A stretch of DNA of 64,000 nucleotides, from positions 135,098,001-135,162,000 of the forward strand of contig OZ024744.1 of assembly GCA_964016885.1 (NCBI GenBank), written 5' to 3'. The notes beneath the pieces are model-generated. The model did not search any database. It saw nothing but the letters and a program-made list of their open reading frames with translations, and had not been told where the DNA came from. The translations under genes and the position numbers were made by a program. Each line of letters opens with the position of its first letter. Position 1 is the first letter of the stretch. The stretch comes from Eledone cirrhosa. Taxonomy: Eukaryota. Positions 38,801 to 51,869 of this stretch are shown one piece after another.

Positions 38801-41640
38801 GTTAAGTTAAGTTGGGGTTAAGTTAAGTTGGGGTTAAGTTAACTTGGGGTTAAGTTAAGTTGGGGTTAAGTTAAGTTGGGGTTAAGTTAAGTTGGGGTTA
38901 ATTTAAGTTGGTGTTAAGTTAAGGCGGGGTTAAGTTGAGTTGGGGTTAAGTTAAGTTGGGGTTAAGTTAAGTTGGGGTTGAGTTAATTTGGGGTTAACTT
39001 AAGTTGGGGGTACTTAAGTTGGGTTTAAGTTAAGTGGGGTTAAGTTAAGTTGGGGTTAGGTTAAGTTGGGGTTAAGTTAAGTTGGGGGTAAGTTAAGTTG
39101 AGGGTAAGTTAAGTTGGGGTTAATTTAAGTTGGGTCAAATTAAGTTGGGGTTAAGTTAAGTTGGAGTTAAGTTAAGTTGGGGTTAAATTAAGTTGGGGTT
39201 AAGTTAGGTTGTGGTTAAGTTAAGTTGGGGGTAAGTTAAGTTGGGGGTAAGTTAAGTTGCGGTTAATTTAAGTTGGGTCTAATTAAGTTGGGGTTAAGTT
39301 AAGTTGGGGTTAAGTTTAGTTGGGGTTGAGTTAATTTGGGGTTAAGTTAAGTTGGGGTTAAGTTAAGTTGGGTTTAAGTTAAGTTGGGGTTAAATTAAGT
39401 TGGGGTTAAATTAAGTTGGGGTTAAGTTAAGTTGGGGGTAAGTTAAGTTGGGGGCAAGTTAAGTTGGGGTTAAGTTAAGTTGGGGTTAAATTAAGTTGGG
39501 GTTAAGTTAAGTTGGTCTTAATTTAAGTTGGGGTTTATTTAAGTTGGGGTTAATTAAGTTGGGGTTAAGTTAAGTTGGGGTTAAGTTAAGTTGGGGTTAC
39601 TTTAAGTTGGGGTTAAGTTAATTTGTGGTTAAGTTAAGTTGGGGTTAAGTTAAGTTGGGGTTAAGTTAAGTTGGGGTTGAGTTAAGTTGGGGTTGAGTTA
39701 ATTTAGGGTTAAGTTAAGTTGGGGTTAAGTTAAGTTGGGTTTAAGTTAAGTTGGGGTTAAATTAAGTTGGGGTTAAATTAAGTTGGGGTTAAGTTAAGTT
39801 GGGGGTAAGTTAAGTTGGGGGCAAGTTAAGTTGGGGTTAAGTTAAGTTGGGGTTAAATTAAGTTGGGGTTAAGTTAAGTTGGTGTTAATTTAAGTTGGGG
39901 TTTATTTAAGTTGGGGTTAATTAAGTTGGGGTTAAGTTAAGTTGGGGTTAAGTTAAGTTGGGGTTAATTTAAGTTGGGGTTGAGTTAAGTTGCGGTTAAG
40001 TTAAGTTGGGTTTATATTAAGTTGGGGTTAAGTTAAGTTGGGGTTAAGTTAAGTTAGGGTTAAGTTAAGTTGGGGTTAAGTTAAGTTGGGGCTGAGTTAA
40101 GTTGGGGCTGAGTTAAGTTGGGGTTAAGTTAAGTTGGGGTTGATTTAAGTTGGGGTTAAGTTAAGTTGGGGTTAAGTTAAGTTGGGGTTAAGTTAAGTTG
40201 GGTTTAAGTTAAGTTGGGGTTTAGTTAAGTTGGGGTTCAGTTAAGTTGGGGTTAAGTTAAGTTTGGGTTAAGTTGGAGTTAAATTAACTTGGGGTTAAGT
40301 TAAGTTGGGGTTTAGTTAAGTTGGGGTTAAGTTAAGTTGGGGTTAATTTAAGTTGGGGTTAAGTTAAGTTGCGGGTAATTTAAGTTGGGGTTAAGTTAAT
40401 TTGGGGTTAACTTAAGTTGGGGGTACTTAAGGTGGGTTTAAGTTAAGTGGGGTTAAGTTAAGTTGGGGTTAAGTTAAGTTGGGGTTAAGTTAAGTTGGGG
40501 TTAAGTTAGGTTGTGGTTAAGTTAAGTTGGGGGTAAGTTAAGTTGGGGGTAAGTTAAGTTGCGGTTAATTTAAGTTGGGTCTAATTAAGTTGGGGTTAAG
40601 TTAAGTTGGGGTTAAGTTAAGTTGGGGTTGAGTTAATTTGGGGTTAAGTTAAGTTGGGGTTAAGTTAAGTTGGGTTTAAGTTAAGTTGGGGTTAAATTAA
40701 GTTGGGGTTAAATTAAGTTGGGGTTAAGTTAAGTTGGGGGTAAGTTAAGTTGGGGGCAAGTTAAGTTGGGGTTAAGTTAAGTTGGGGTTAAATTAAGTTG
40801 GGGTTAAGTTAAGTTGGTCTTAATTTAAGTTGGGGTTTATTTAAGTTGGGGTTAATTAAGTTGGGGTTAAGTTAAGTTGGGGTTAAGTTAAGTTGGGGTT
40901 ACTTTAAGTTGGGGTTGAGTTAAGTTGCGGTTAAGTTAAGTTGGGTTTATATTAAGTTGGGGTTAAGTTAAGTTGGGGTTAAGTTGAGTTGGGGTTAAGT
41001 TAATTTGGGGTTAAGTTATGGTTAAGTTAAGTTGGGGTTGAGTTAATTTGGGGTTAAGTTAAGTTGGGGTTATGTTAAGTTGGGGTTAAGTTAAGTTGGG
41101 GTTAAGTTGAGTTGGGGTTCAGTTAAGTTGCGGTTAATTTAAGTAGGGGTTAAGTTAAGTTGGGGTTAATTTAAGTTGGGGTTAAGTTAAGTTGGGGTTA
41201 ATTTAAGTTGGGGTTAAGTTAAGTTGGGGATAAGTTAAGTTGGGGTTAAGTTAAGTTGGGGTTAAGTTAAGTTGGGGTTGAGTTAATTTGGGCTTAACTT
41301 AAGTTGGGGGTACTTAAGTTGGGTTTAAGTTAAGTGGGGTTAAGTTAAGTTGGGGTTAAGTTAAGTTGGGGTTAAGTTAAGTTGGGGGTAAGTTAAGTTG
41401 AGGGTAAGTTAAGTTGGGGTTAATTTAAGTTGGGTCAAATTAAGTTGGGGTTAAGTTAAGTTGGAGTTAAGTTAAGTTGGGGTTAAATTAAGTTGGGGTT
41501 AAGTTAAGTTGGGGTTAAATTAAGTTGGAGTTAAGTTAAGTTGGGGTTAAGTTAAGTTGGGGTTAAGTTAAGGTGGGGGTAAGTTAAGTTGGTGGTAAGT
41601 TAAGTTGGGGGTAATTTAAGATGGGGTTAAGTTAAGTTGG
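35810..41640 (+). repeat. ~3.3-3.4 kb tandem duplication containing the ~1.3 kb duplication
   Basis: GGTCTTAA at 36125, 37475, 39514 and 40816 (pair offsets 3389 and 3341). GGGGATAAG, GGGCTTAACTT and GGTAATTTAAGATGG follow in the same order in both copies. Confidence 0.8.
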
Positions 41641-44099
41641 GTTGATTTAAGTTGGGGTTAAGTTAAGTTGGGGTTATGTTAAGTTGGGGTTAAGTTAAGT
41701 TGGGGTTAAGTTGAGTTGGGGTTCAGTTAAGTTGCGGTTAAGTTAAGTTGGGGTTAAGTTAAGTTGGGGTTAAGTTAAGTTGTGGTTACTTTAAGTTGGG
41801 GTTAAGTTAAGTTGGGGTTAAGTTAAGTTGGGGTTAAGTTAAGTTGGGGTTAAGTTAAGTTGCGGTTAAATTAAGTTGGGGTTAAGTTAATTTGGGGTTA
41901 AGTTAAGTTGGGGTTAAGATAAGTTGGGGTTAAGTTAAGTAGGGGTTGAGTTAAGTTGGGGTTGAGTTAATTTGGGGTTAACTTAAGTTGGGGGTACTTA
42001 AGTTGGGTTTAAGTTAAGTGGGGTTAAGTTAAGTTGGGGTTAAGTTAAGTTGGGGTTAAGTTAGGATGTGGTTAAGTTAAGTTGGGGTAAGTTAAGTTGG
42101 GGGTAAGTTAAGTTGGGGTTAATTTAAGTTGGGTCTAATTAAGTTGGGGTTAAGTTAAGTTGGGGTTAAGTTAAGTTGGGGTTAAATTAAGTTGGGGTTA
42201 AGTTAAGTTGGGGCTAAATTAAGTTTGGGTTAATTAAGTTGGGGTTAAGTTAAGTTGGGGTTAAGTTAAGTTGGGGTTAAGTTAAGTTGGGGGTAAGTTA
42301 AGTTGGTGGTAAGTTAAGTTGGGGGTAAGTTAAGATGGGGTTAAGTTAAGTCGGGGTTAAGTTAATTTGGGGTTAAGTTAGGGTTAAGTTAAGTTGGGGT
42401 TGAGTTAAGTTGGGGTTAAGTTAAGTTGGGATTATGTTAAGTTGGGGTTAAATTAAGTTGGGGTTAAGTTAAGTTGGGGTTAAGTTAAGTTGGGGTTAAG
42501 TTAAGTTGGGGTTGAGTTAAGTTGGGGTTCAGTTAAGTTGGGGTTAAGTTAAGTTGGGGTTAAGATGGGGTTAAATTAAGTTGGGGTTAAGTTAAGTTGG
42601 GGTTAAGTTAAGTTGGGGTTAAGTTAAGTTGGGGTTAAGTTAAGTCGGGGTTAAGTTAAGTCGGGGTTAAGTTAAGTTAGGGTTAAGTTAAGTTGGAGTT
42701 AAGTTAAGTTGGGGTTGAGTTAAGTTGGGGTTGAGTTAAATTGGGGTGGAGTTAAGTTGGGGTTGCGTTAAGGTGGTGTTGAGTTAAGTTGGGGTTAAGT
42801 TAAGTTGGGGTTAAGTTAAGTTGGGGTTAAGTTATGTTGGTGTTAAGTTAAGTTGGGGCTAAGTTAAGTTGGGGCTGAGTTAAGTTGGGGCTGAGTTAAG
42901 TTGGGGTTAAGTTAAGTTGGGGTTGAGTTAAGTTGGGGTTAAGTTAAGTTTGGGTTAAGTTAAGTTGGGGTTAAGTTAAGTTGGGGTTAAGTTAAGTTGG
43001 GGTTTAGTTAAGTTGGGGTTCAGTTAAGTTGGGGTTAAGTTAAGTTTGGGTTAAGTTGGGGTTAAATTAAGTTGGGGTTAAGTTAAGTTGGGGTTAAGTT
43101 AAGTTGGGGTTAAGTTAAGTTGGGGGTAAGTTAAGTTGGTGGTAAGTTAAGTTGGGGGTAAGTTAAGATGGGGTTAAGTTAAGTTGCGGGTAATTTAAGT
43201 TGGGGTTAAGTTAAGTTGGGGTTAAATTAAGTTGGAGTTAAGTTAAGTTGGGGTTAAGTTAAGTTGGGGTTAAGTTAAGTTGGGGGTAAGTTAAGTTGGT
43301 GGTAAGTTAAGTTGGGGGTAAGTTAAGATGGGGTTAAGTTAAGTTGGGGTTAAATTAAGTTGGGGTTAAATTAAGTTGGGGTTAAGTTAAGTTGGGGGTA
43401 AGTTAAGTTGGGGGCAAGTTAAGTTGGGGTTAAGTTAAGTTGGGGTTAAATTAAGTTGGGGTTAAGTTAAGTTGGGGTTAAGTTAAGTGGTGGTTATGTT
43501 AAGTTGGGGTTAAGTTAATTTGGGGTTAAGTTAGGGTTAAGTTAAGTTGGGGTTGAGTTAAGTTGGGGATAAGTTAAGTTGGGGTTAAGTTAAGTTGGGG
43601 TTAAGTTAAGTTGGGGTTAAGTTAAGTTGGGGTTAAATTAAGTTGGGGTTAAGTTAATTTAGGGTTAAGTTATGGTTAAGTTAAGTTGGGGTTGAGTTAA
43701 GTTGGGGTTAAGTTAAGTTGGGGTTATGTTAAGATGGGGTTAAGTTAAGTTGGAGTTAAGTTGAGTTGGGGTTCAGTTAAGTTGCGGTTAATTTAAGTTG
43801 GGGTTAAGTTAAGTTGGGGTTAAGTTAAGTTGGGGTTAAGTTAAGTTGGGGTTAATTTAAGTTGGGGTTAAGTTAAGTTGGGGTTAAGTTAAGTTGGGGT
43901 TAATTTAAGTTGGGGTTAAGTTAAGTTGGGGTTAAATTAAGTTGGGGTTAAGTTAAGTTGGGGTTAAGTTAAGTTGGGGTTAAATTAAGTTGGGGTTAAA
44001 GTAAGTTGGGGTTAAGTTAAGTTGGGGGTAAGTTAAGTTGGGGGCAAGTTAAGTTGGGGTTAAGTTAAGTTGGGGTTAAATTAAGTTGGGGTTAAGTTA

Positions 44100-47000
44100 A
44101 GTTGGGGTTAAGTTAAGTTGGGGTTAAGTTAAGTTGGGGTTAAGTTAAATTGGCGTTAAGTTAAGTTGGGGTAAAGTTAAGTTGGGGTTAATTTAAGTTG
44201 GGGTTAAGTTAAGGCGGGGTTAAGTTGAGTTGGGGTTAAGTTAAGTTGGGGTTAAGTTAAGTTGGGTTGAGTTAATTTGGGGTTAACTTAAGTTGGGGGT
44301 ACTTAAGTTGGGTTTAAGTTAAGTGGGGTTAAGTTAAGTTGGGGTTAAGTTAAGTTGGGGTTAAGTTAAGTTGGGGTTAAGTTAGGTTGTCGTTAAGTTA
44401 AGTTGGGGGTAAGTTAAGTTGGGTGTAAGTTAAGTTGGGGTTAATTTAAGTTGGGTCTAATTAAGTTGGGGTTAAGTTAAGTTGGGGTTAAGTTAAGTTG
44501 GGGTTGAGTTAATTTGGGGTTAACTTAAGTTGGGGGTACTTAAGTTGGGTTTAAGTTATGTGGGGTTAAGTTAAGTTGGGGTTAAGTTAAGTTGGGGTTA
44601 AGTTAAGTTGGGGGTAAGTTAAGTTGAGGGTAAGTTAAGTTGGGGTTGAGTTAATTTGGGGTTAAGTTAAGTTGGGGTTATGTTAAGTTGGGGTTAAGTT
44701 AAGTTGGGGTTAAGTTGAGTTGGGGTTCAGTTAAGTTGCGGTTAATTTAAGTAGGGGTTAAGTTAAGTTGGGGTTAATTTAAGTTGGGGTTAAGTTAAGT
44801 TGGGCTTAATTTAAGTTGGGGTTAAGTTAAGTTGGGGTTAAGTTAAGTTGGGGTTAAGTTAAGTTGGGGTTAAGTTAAGTTGGGGTTAAATTAAATTGGG
44901 GTTAAGTTAAGTTGGGGTTAAGTTAAGTTGGGGTTAAGATAAGTTGGGGTTAAGTTAAGTTGGGGTTGAGTTAAGTTGGAGTTGAGTTAATTTGGGGTTA
45001 ACTTAAGTTGGGGGTACTTAAGTTGGGTTTAAGTTAAGTGGGGTTAAGTTAAGTTGGGGTTAAGTTAAGTTGGGGTTAAGTTAAGTTGGGGTTAAGTTAG
45101 GTTGTGGTTAAGTTAAGTTGGGGGTAAGTTAAGTTGGGGGTAATTTAAGTTGGGGTTAATTTAAGTTGGGTCTAATTAAGTTGGGGTTAAGTTAAGTTGG
45201 GGTTAAGTTAAGTTGGGGTTAAATTAAGTTGGGGTTAAGTTAAGTTGAGGTTAAATTAAGTTGGGGTTAAGTTAAGTTGGGGTTAAGTTAAGTTGGGGTT
45301 AAGTTAAGTTGGGGTTAAATTAAGTTGGGGTTAAATTAAGTTGGGGTTAAGTTAAGTTGGGGGTAAGTTAAGTTGGGGGCAAGTTAAGTTGGGGTTAAGT
45401 TAAGTTGGGGTTAAATTAAGTTGGGGTTAAGTTAAGTTGGTGTTAAGTTAAGTTGGGGTTTATTTAAGTTGGGGTTAATTAAGTTGGGGTTAAGTTAAGT
45501 TGGGGTTAAGTTAAGTTGGGGTTAATTTAAGTTGGGGTTGAGTTAAGTTGGGGTTAAGTTAAGTTGGGGTTAAGTTAAGTCGGGGTTAAGTTAAGTCGGG
45601 GTTAAGTTAAGTTAGGGTTAAGTTAAGTTGGAGTTAAGTTAAGTTGGGGTTGAGTTAAGTTGGGGTTGAGTTAAATTGGGGTGGAGTTAAGTTGGGGTTG
45701 AGTTAAGTTGGTGTTGAGTTAAGTTGGGGTTAACTTAAGTTGGGGTTAAGTTAAGTTGGGGCTAAGTTAAGTTGGGGTTAAGTTAAGTTGGGGTTGAGTT
45801 AAGTTGGGGTTGAGTTAATTTAGGGTTAAGTTAAGTTGGGGTTAAGTTAAGTTGGGTTTAAGTTAAGTTGGGGTTAAATTAAGTTGGGGTTAAATTAAGT
45901 TGGGGTTAAGTTAAGTTGGGGGTAAGTTAAGTTGGGGGCAAGTTAAGTTGGGGTTAAGTTAAGTTGGGGTTAAATTAAGTTGGGGTTAAGTTAAGTTGGT
46001 GTTAATTTAAGTTGGGGTTTATTTAAGTTGGGGTTAATTAAGTTGGGGTTAAGTTAAGTTGGGGTTAAGTTAAGTTGGGGTTAATTTAAGTTGGGGTTGA
46101 GTTAAGTTGCGGTTAAGTTAAGTTGGGTTTATATTAAGTTGGGGTTAAGTTAAGTTGGGGTTAAGTTAAGTTAGGGTTAAGTTAAGTTGGGGTTAAGTTA
46201 AGTTGGGGCTGAGTTAAGTTGGGGCTGAGTTAAGTTGGGGTTAAGTTAAGTTGGGGTTGAGTTAAGTTGGGGTTAAGTTAAGTTGGGGTTAAGTTAAGTT
46301 GGGGTTAAGTTAAGTTGGGTTTAAGTTAAGTTGGGGTTTAGTTAAGTTGGGGTTCAGTTAAGTTGGGGTTAAGTTAAGTTTGGGTTAAGTTGGAGTTAAA
46401 TTAATTTGGGGTTAAGTTAAGTTGGGGTTTAGTTAAGTTGGGGTTAAGTTAAGTTGGGGTTAATTTAAGTTGGGGTTAAGTTAAGTTGCGGGTAATTTAA
46501 GTTGGGGTTAAGTTAAGTTGGGGTTAAGTTAAGGCGGGGTTAAGTTGAGTTGGGGTTGAGTTAATTTGGGGTTAACTTAAGTTGGGGGTACTTAAGGTGG
46601 GTTTAAGTTAAGTGGGGTTAAGTTAAGTTGGGGTTAAGTTAAGTTGGGGTTAAGTTAAGTTGGGGTTAAGTTAGGTTGTGGTTAAGTTAAGTTGGGGGTA
46701 AGTTAAGTTGGGGGTAAGTTAAGTTGCGGTTAATTTAAGTTGGGTCTAATTAAGTTGGGGTTAAGTTAAGTTGGGGTTAAGTTAAGTTGGGGTTGAGTTA
46801 ATTTGGGGTTAACTTAAGTTGGGGGTACTTAAGTTGGGTTTAAGTTAAGTCGGGTTAAATTAAGTTGGGGTTAAGTTAAGTTGGGGTTAAGTTAAGTTGG
46901 GGGTAAGTTAAGTTGGTGGTAAGTTAAGTTGGGGGTAAGTTAAGGTGGGGTTAAGTTAAGTTGGGGTTAAGTTAATTTGGGGTTAAGTTATAGTTAAGTT

Positions 47001-50000
47001 AAGTTGGGGTTGAGTTAATTTGGGGTTAAGTTAAGTTGGGGTTATGTTAAGTTGGGGTTAAGTTAAGTTGGGGTTAAGTTGAGTTGGGGTTCAGTTAAGT
47101 TGCGGTTAATTTAAGTAGGGGTTAAGTTAAGTTGGGGTTAATTTAAGTTGGGGTTAAGTTAAGTTGGGGTTAATTTAAGTTGGGGTTAAGTTAAGTTGGG
47201 GATAATTTAAGTTGGGGTTAAGTTAAGTTGGGGGTAAGTTAAGTTGGGGGTAAGTTAAGTTGGGGTTAATATAAGTTGGGTCTAATTAAGTTGGGGTTAA
47301 GTTAAGTTGGGGTTAAGTTAAGTTGGGGTTAAGTTAAATTGGCGTTAAGTTAAGTTGGGGTAAAGTTAAGTTGGGGTTAATTTAAGTTGGGGTTAAGTTA
47401 AGGCGGGGTTAAGTTGAGTTGGGGTTAAGTTAAGTTGGGGTTAAGTTAAGTTGGGTTGAGTTAATTTGGGGTTAACTTAAGTTGTGGGTACTTAAGTTGG
47501 GTTTAAGTTAAGTGGGGTTAAGTTAAGTTGGGGTTAAGTTAAGTTGGGGTTAAGTTAAGTTGGGGTTAAGTTAGGTTGTCGTTAAGTTAAGTTGGGGGTA
47601 AGTTAAGTTGGGTGTAAGTTAAGTTGGGGTTAATTTAAGTTGGGTCTAATTAAGTTGGGGTTAAGTTAAGTTGGGGTTAAGTTAAGTTGGGGTTGAGTTA
47701 ATTTGGGGTTAACTTAAGTTGGGGGTACTTAAGTTGGGTTTAAGTTATGTGGGGTTAAGTTAAGTTGGGGTTAAGTTAAGTTGGGGTTAAGTTAAGTTGG
47801 GGGTAAGTTAAGTTGAGGGTAAGTTAAGTTGGGGTTGAGTTAATTTGGGGTTAAGTTAAGTTGGGGTTATGTTAAGTTGGGGTTAAGTTAAGTTGGGGTT
47901 AAGTTGAGTTGGGGTTCAGTTAAGTTGCGGTTAATTTAAGTAGGGGTTAAGTTAAGTTGGGGTTAATTTAAGTTGGGGTTAAGTTAAGTTGGGCTTAATT
48001 TAAGTTGGGGTTAAGTTAAGTTGGGGTTAAGTTAAGTTGGGGTTAAGTTAAGTTGGGGTTAAGTTAAGTTGGGGTTAAATTAAATTGGGGTTAAGTTAAG
48101 TTGGGGTTAAGTTAAGTTGGGGTTAAGATAAGTTGGGGTTAAGTTAAGTTGGGGTTGAGTTAAGTTGGAGTTGAGTTAATTTGGGGTTAACTTAAGTTGG
48201 GGGTACTTAAGTTGGGTTTAAGTTAAGTGGGGTTAAGTTAAGTTGGGGTTAAGTTAAGTTGGGGTTAAGTTAAGTTGGGGTTAAGTTAGGTTGTGGTTAA
48301 GTTAAGTTGGGGGTAAGTTAAGTTGGGGGTAATTTAAGTTGGGGTTAATTTAAGTTGGGTCTAATTAAGTTGGGGTTAAGTTAAGTTGGGGTTAAGTTAA
48401 GTTGGGGTTAAATTAAGTTGGGGTTAAGTTAAGTTGAGGTTAAATTAAGTTGGGGTTAAGTTAAGTTGGGGTTAAGTTAAGTTGGGGTTAAGTTAAGTTG
48501 GGGTTAAATTAAGTTGGGGTTAAATTAAGTTGGGGTTAAGTTAAGTTGGGGGTAAGTTAAGTTGGGGGCAAGTTAAGTTGGGGTTAAGTTAAGTTGGGGT
48601 TAAATTAAGTTGGGGTTAAGTTAAGTTGGTGTTAAGTTAAGTTGGGGTTTATTTAAGTTGGGGTTAATTAAGTTGGGGTTAAGTTAAGTTGGGGTTAAGT
48701 TAAGTTGGGGTTAATTTAAGTTGGGGTTGAGTTAAGTTGGGGTTAAGTTAAGTTGGGGTTAAGTTAAGTCGGGGTTAAGTTAAGTCGGGGTTAAGTTAAG
48801 TTAGGGTTAAGTTAAGTTGGAGTTAAGTTAAGTTGGGGTTGAGTTAAGTTGGGGTTGAGTTAAATTGGGGTGGAGTTAAGTTGGGGTTGAGTTAAGTTGG
48901 TGTTGAGTTAAGTTGGGGTTAACTTAAGTTGGGGTTAAGTTAAGTTGGGGCTAAGTTAAGTTGGGGTTAAGTTAAGTTGGGGTTGAGTTAAGTTGGGGTT
49001 GAGTTAATTTAGGGTTAAGTTAAGTTGGGGTTAAGTTAAGTTGGGTTTAAGTTAAGTTGGGGTTAAATTAAGTTGGGGTTAAATTAAGTTGGGGTTAATT
49101 TAAGTTGGGGGTAAGTTAAGTTGGGGGCAAGTTAAGTTGGGGTTAAGTTAAGTTGGGGTTAAATTAAGTTGGGGTTAAGTTAAGTTGGTGTTAATTTAAG
49201 TTGGGGTTTATTTAAGTTGGGGTTAATTAAGTTGGGGTTAAGTTAAGTTGGGGTTAAGTTAAGTTGGGGTTAATTTAAGTTGGGGTTGAGTTAAGTTGCG
49301 GTTAAGTTAAGTTGGGTTTATATTAAGTTGGGGTTAAGTTAAGTTGGGGTTAAGTTAAGTTAGGGTTAAGTTAAGTTGGGGTTAAGTTAAGTTGGGGCTG
49401 AGTTAAGTTGGGGCTGAGTTAAGTTGGGGTTAAGTTAAGTTGGGGTTGAGTTAAGTTGGGGTTAAGTTAAGTTGGGGTTAAGTTAAGTTGGGGTTAAGTT
49501 AAGTTGGGTTTAAGTTAAGTTGGGGTTTAGTTAAGTTGGGGTTCAGTTAAGTTGGGGTTAAGTTAAGTTTGGGTTAAGTTGGAGTTAAATTAATTTGGGG
49601 TTAAGTTAAGTTGGGGTTTAGTTAAGTTGGGGTTAAGTTAAGTTGGGGTTAATTTAAGTTGGGGTTAAGTTAAGTTGCGGGTAATTTAAGTTGGGGTTAA
49701 GTTAAGTTGGGGTTAAGTTAAGGCGGGGTTAAGTTGAGTTGGGGTTGAGTTAATTTGGGGTTAACTTAAGTTGGGGGTACTTAAGGTGGGTTTAAGTTAA
49801 GTGGGGTTAAGTTAAGTTGGGGTTAAGTTAAGTTGGGGTTAAGTTAAGTTGGGGTTAAGTTAGGTTGTGGTTAAGTTAAGTTGGGGGTAAGTTAAGTTGG
49901 GGGTAAGTTAAGTTGCGGTTAATTTAAGTTGGGTCTAATTAAGTTGGGGTTAAGTTAAGTTGGGGTTAAGTTAAGTTGGGGTTGAGTTAATTTGGGGTTA

Positions 50001-50350
50001 ACTTAAGTTGGGGGTACTTAAGTTGGGTTTAAGTTAAGTCGGGTTAAATTAAGTTGGGGTTAAGTTAAGTTGGGGTTAAGTTAAGTTGGGGGTAAGTTAA
50101 GTTGGTGGTAAGTTAAGTTGGGGGTAAGTTAAGGTGGGGTTAAGTTAAGTTGGGGTTAAGTTAATTTGGGGTTAAGTTATAGTTAAGTTAAGTTGGGGTT
50201 GAGTTAATTTGGGGTTAAGTTAAGTTGGGGTTATGTTAAGTTGGGGTTAAGTTAAGTTGGGGTTAAGTTGAGTTGGGGTTCAGTTAAGTTGCGGTTAATT
50301 TAAGTAGGGGTTAAGTTAAGTTGGGGTTAATTTAAGTTGGGGTTAAGTTA
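44100..50350 (+). repeat. 3189-bp tandem duplication
   Basis: GCG of AAATTGGCG at 44153/47342 and the private TTATAG variant (TAG at 46991/50180), both offset 3189. Confidence 0.9.
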
Positions 50351-51869
50351 AGTTGGGGTTAAGTTAAGTTGGGGGTAAGTTAAGTTGAGGGTAAGTTAAG
50401 TTGGGGTTAATTTAAGTTGGGTCAAATTAAGTTGGGGTTAAGTTAAGTTGGAGTTAAGTTAAGTTGGGGTTAAATTAAGTTGGGGTTAAGTTAAGTTGGG
50501 GTTAAATTAAGTTGGAGTTAAGTTAAGTTGGGGTTAAGTTAAGTTGGGGTTAAGTTAAGTTTGGGGTAATTTAAGATGGGGTTAAGTTAAGTTGGGGTTA
50601 AGTTAATTTGGGGTTAAGTTAGGGTTAAGTTAAGTTGGGTTGATTTAAGTTGGGGTTAAGTTAAGTTGGGGTTATGTTAAGTTGGGGTTAAGTTAAGTTG
50701 GGGTTACTTTAAGTTGGGGTTAAGTTAAGTTGGGGTTAAGTTAAGTTGGGGTTAAGTTAAGTTGGGGTTAAGTTAAGTTGCGGTTAAATTAAGTTGGGGT
50801 TAAGTTAATTTGGGGTTAAGTTAAGTTGGGGTTAAGATAAGTTGGGGTTAAGTTAAGTAGGGGTTGAGTTAAGTTGGGGTTGAGTTAATTTGGGGTTAAC
50901 TTAAGTTGGGGGTACTTAAGTTGGGTTTAAGTTAAGTGGGGTTAAGTTAAGTTGGGGTTAAGTTAAGTTGGGGTTAAGTTAGGATGTGGTTAAGTTAAGT
51001 TGGGGTAAGTTAAGTTGGGGGTAAGTTAAGTTGGGGTTAATTTAAGTTGGGTCTAATTAAGTTGGGGTTAAGTTAAGTTGGGGTTAAGTTAAGTTGGGGT
51101 TAAATTAAGTTGGGGTTAAGTTAAGTTGGGGCTAAATTAAGTTTGGGTTAATTAAGTTGGGGTTAAGTTAAGTTGGGGTTAAGTTAAGTTGGGGGTAAGT
51201 TAAGTTGGTGGTAAGTTAAGTTGGGGGTAAGTTAAGATGGGGTTAAGTTAAGTCGGGGTTAAGTTAATTTGGGGTTAAGTTAGGGTTAAGTTAAGTTGGG
51301 GTTGAGTTAAGTTGGGGTTAAGTTAAGTTGGGGTTATGTTAAGTTGGGGTTAAATTAAGTTGGGGTTAAGTTAAGTTGGGGTTAAGTTAAGTTGGGGTTA
51401 AGATGGGGTTAAATTAAGTTGAGGTTAAGTTAAGTTGGGGTTAAGTTAAGTTGGGGTTAAGTTAAGTTGGGGTTAAGTTAAGTCGGGGTTAAGTTAAGTC
51501 GGGGTTAAGTTAAGTTAGGGTTAAGTTAAGTTGGAGTTAAGTTAAGTTGGGGTTGAGTTAAGTTGGGGTTGAGTTAAATTGGGGTGGAGTTCAGTTGGGG
51601 TTGCGTTAAGTTGGTGTTGAGTTAAGTTGGGGTTAAGTTAAGTTGGGGTTAAGTTAAGTTGGGGTTAAGTTAAGTTGGTGTTAAGTTAAGTTGGGGCTAA
51701 GTTAAGTTGGGGCTGAGTTAAGTTGGGGCTGAGTTAAGTTGGGGTTAAGTTAAGTTGGGGTTGAGTTAAGTTGGGGTTAAGTTAAGTTTGGGTTAAGTTA
51801 AGTTGGGGTTAAGTTAAGTTGGGGTTAAGTTAAGTTGGGGTTTAGTTAAGTTGGGGTTCAGTTAAGTTG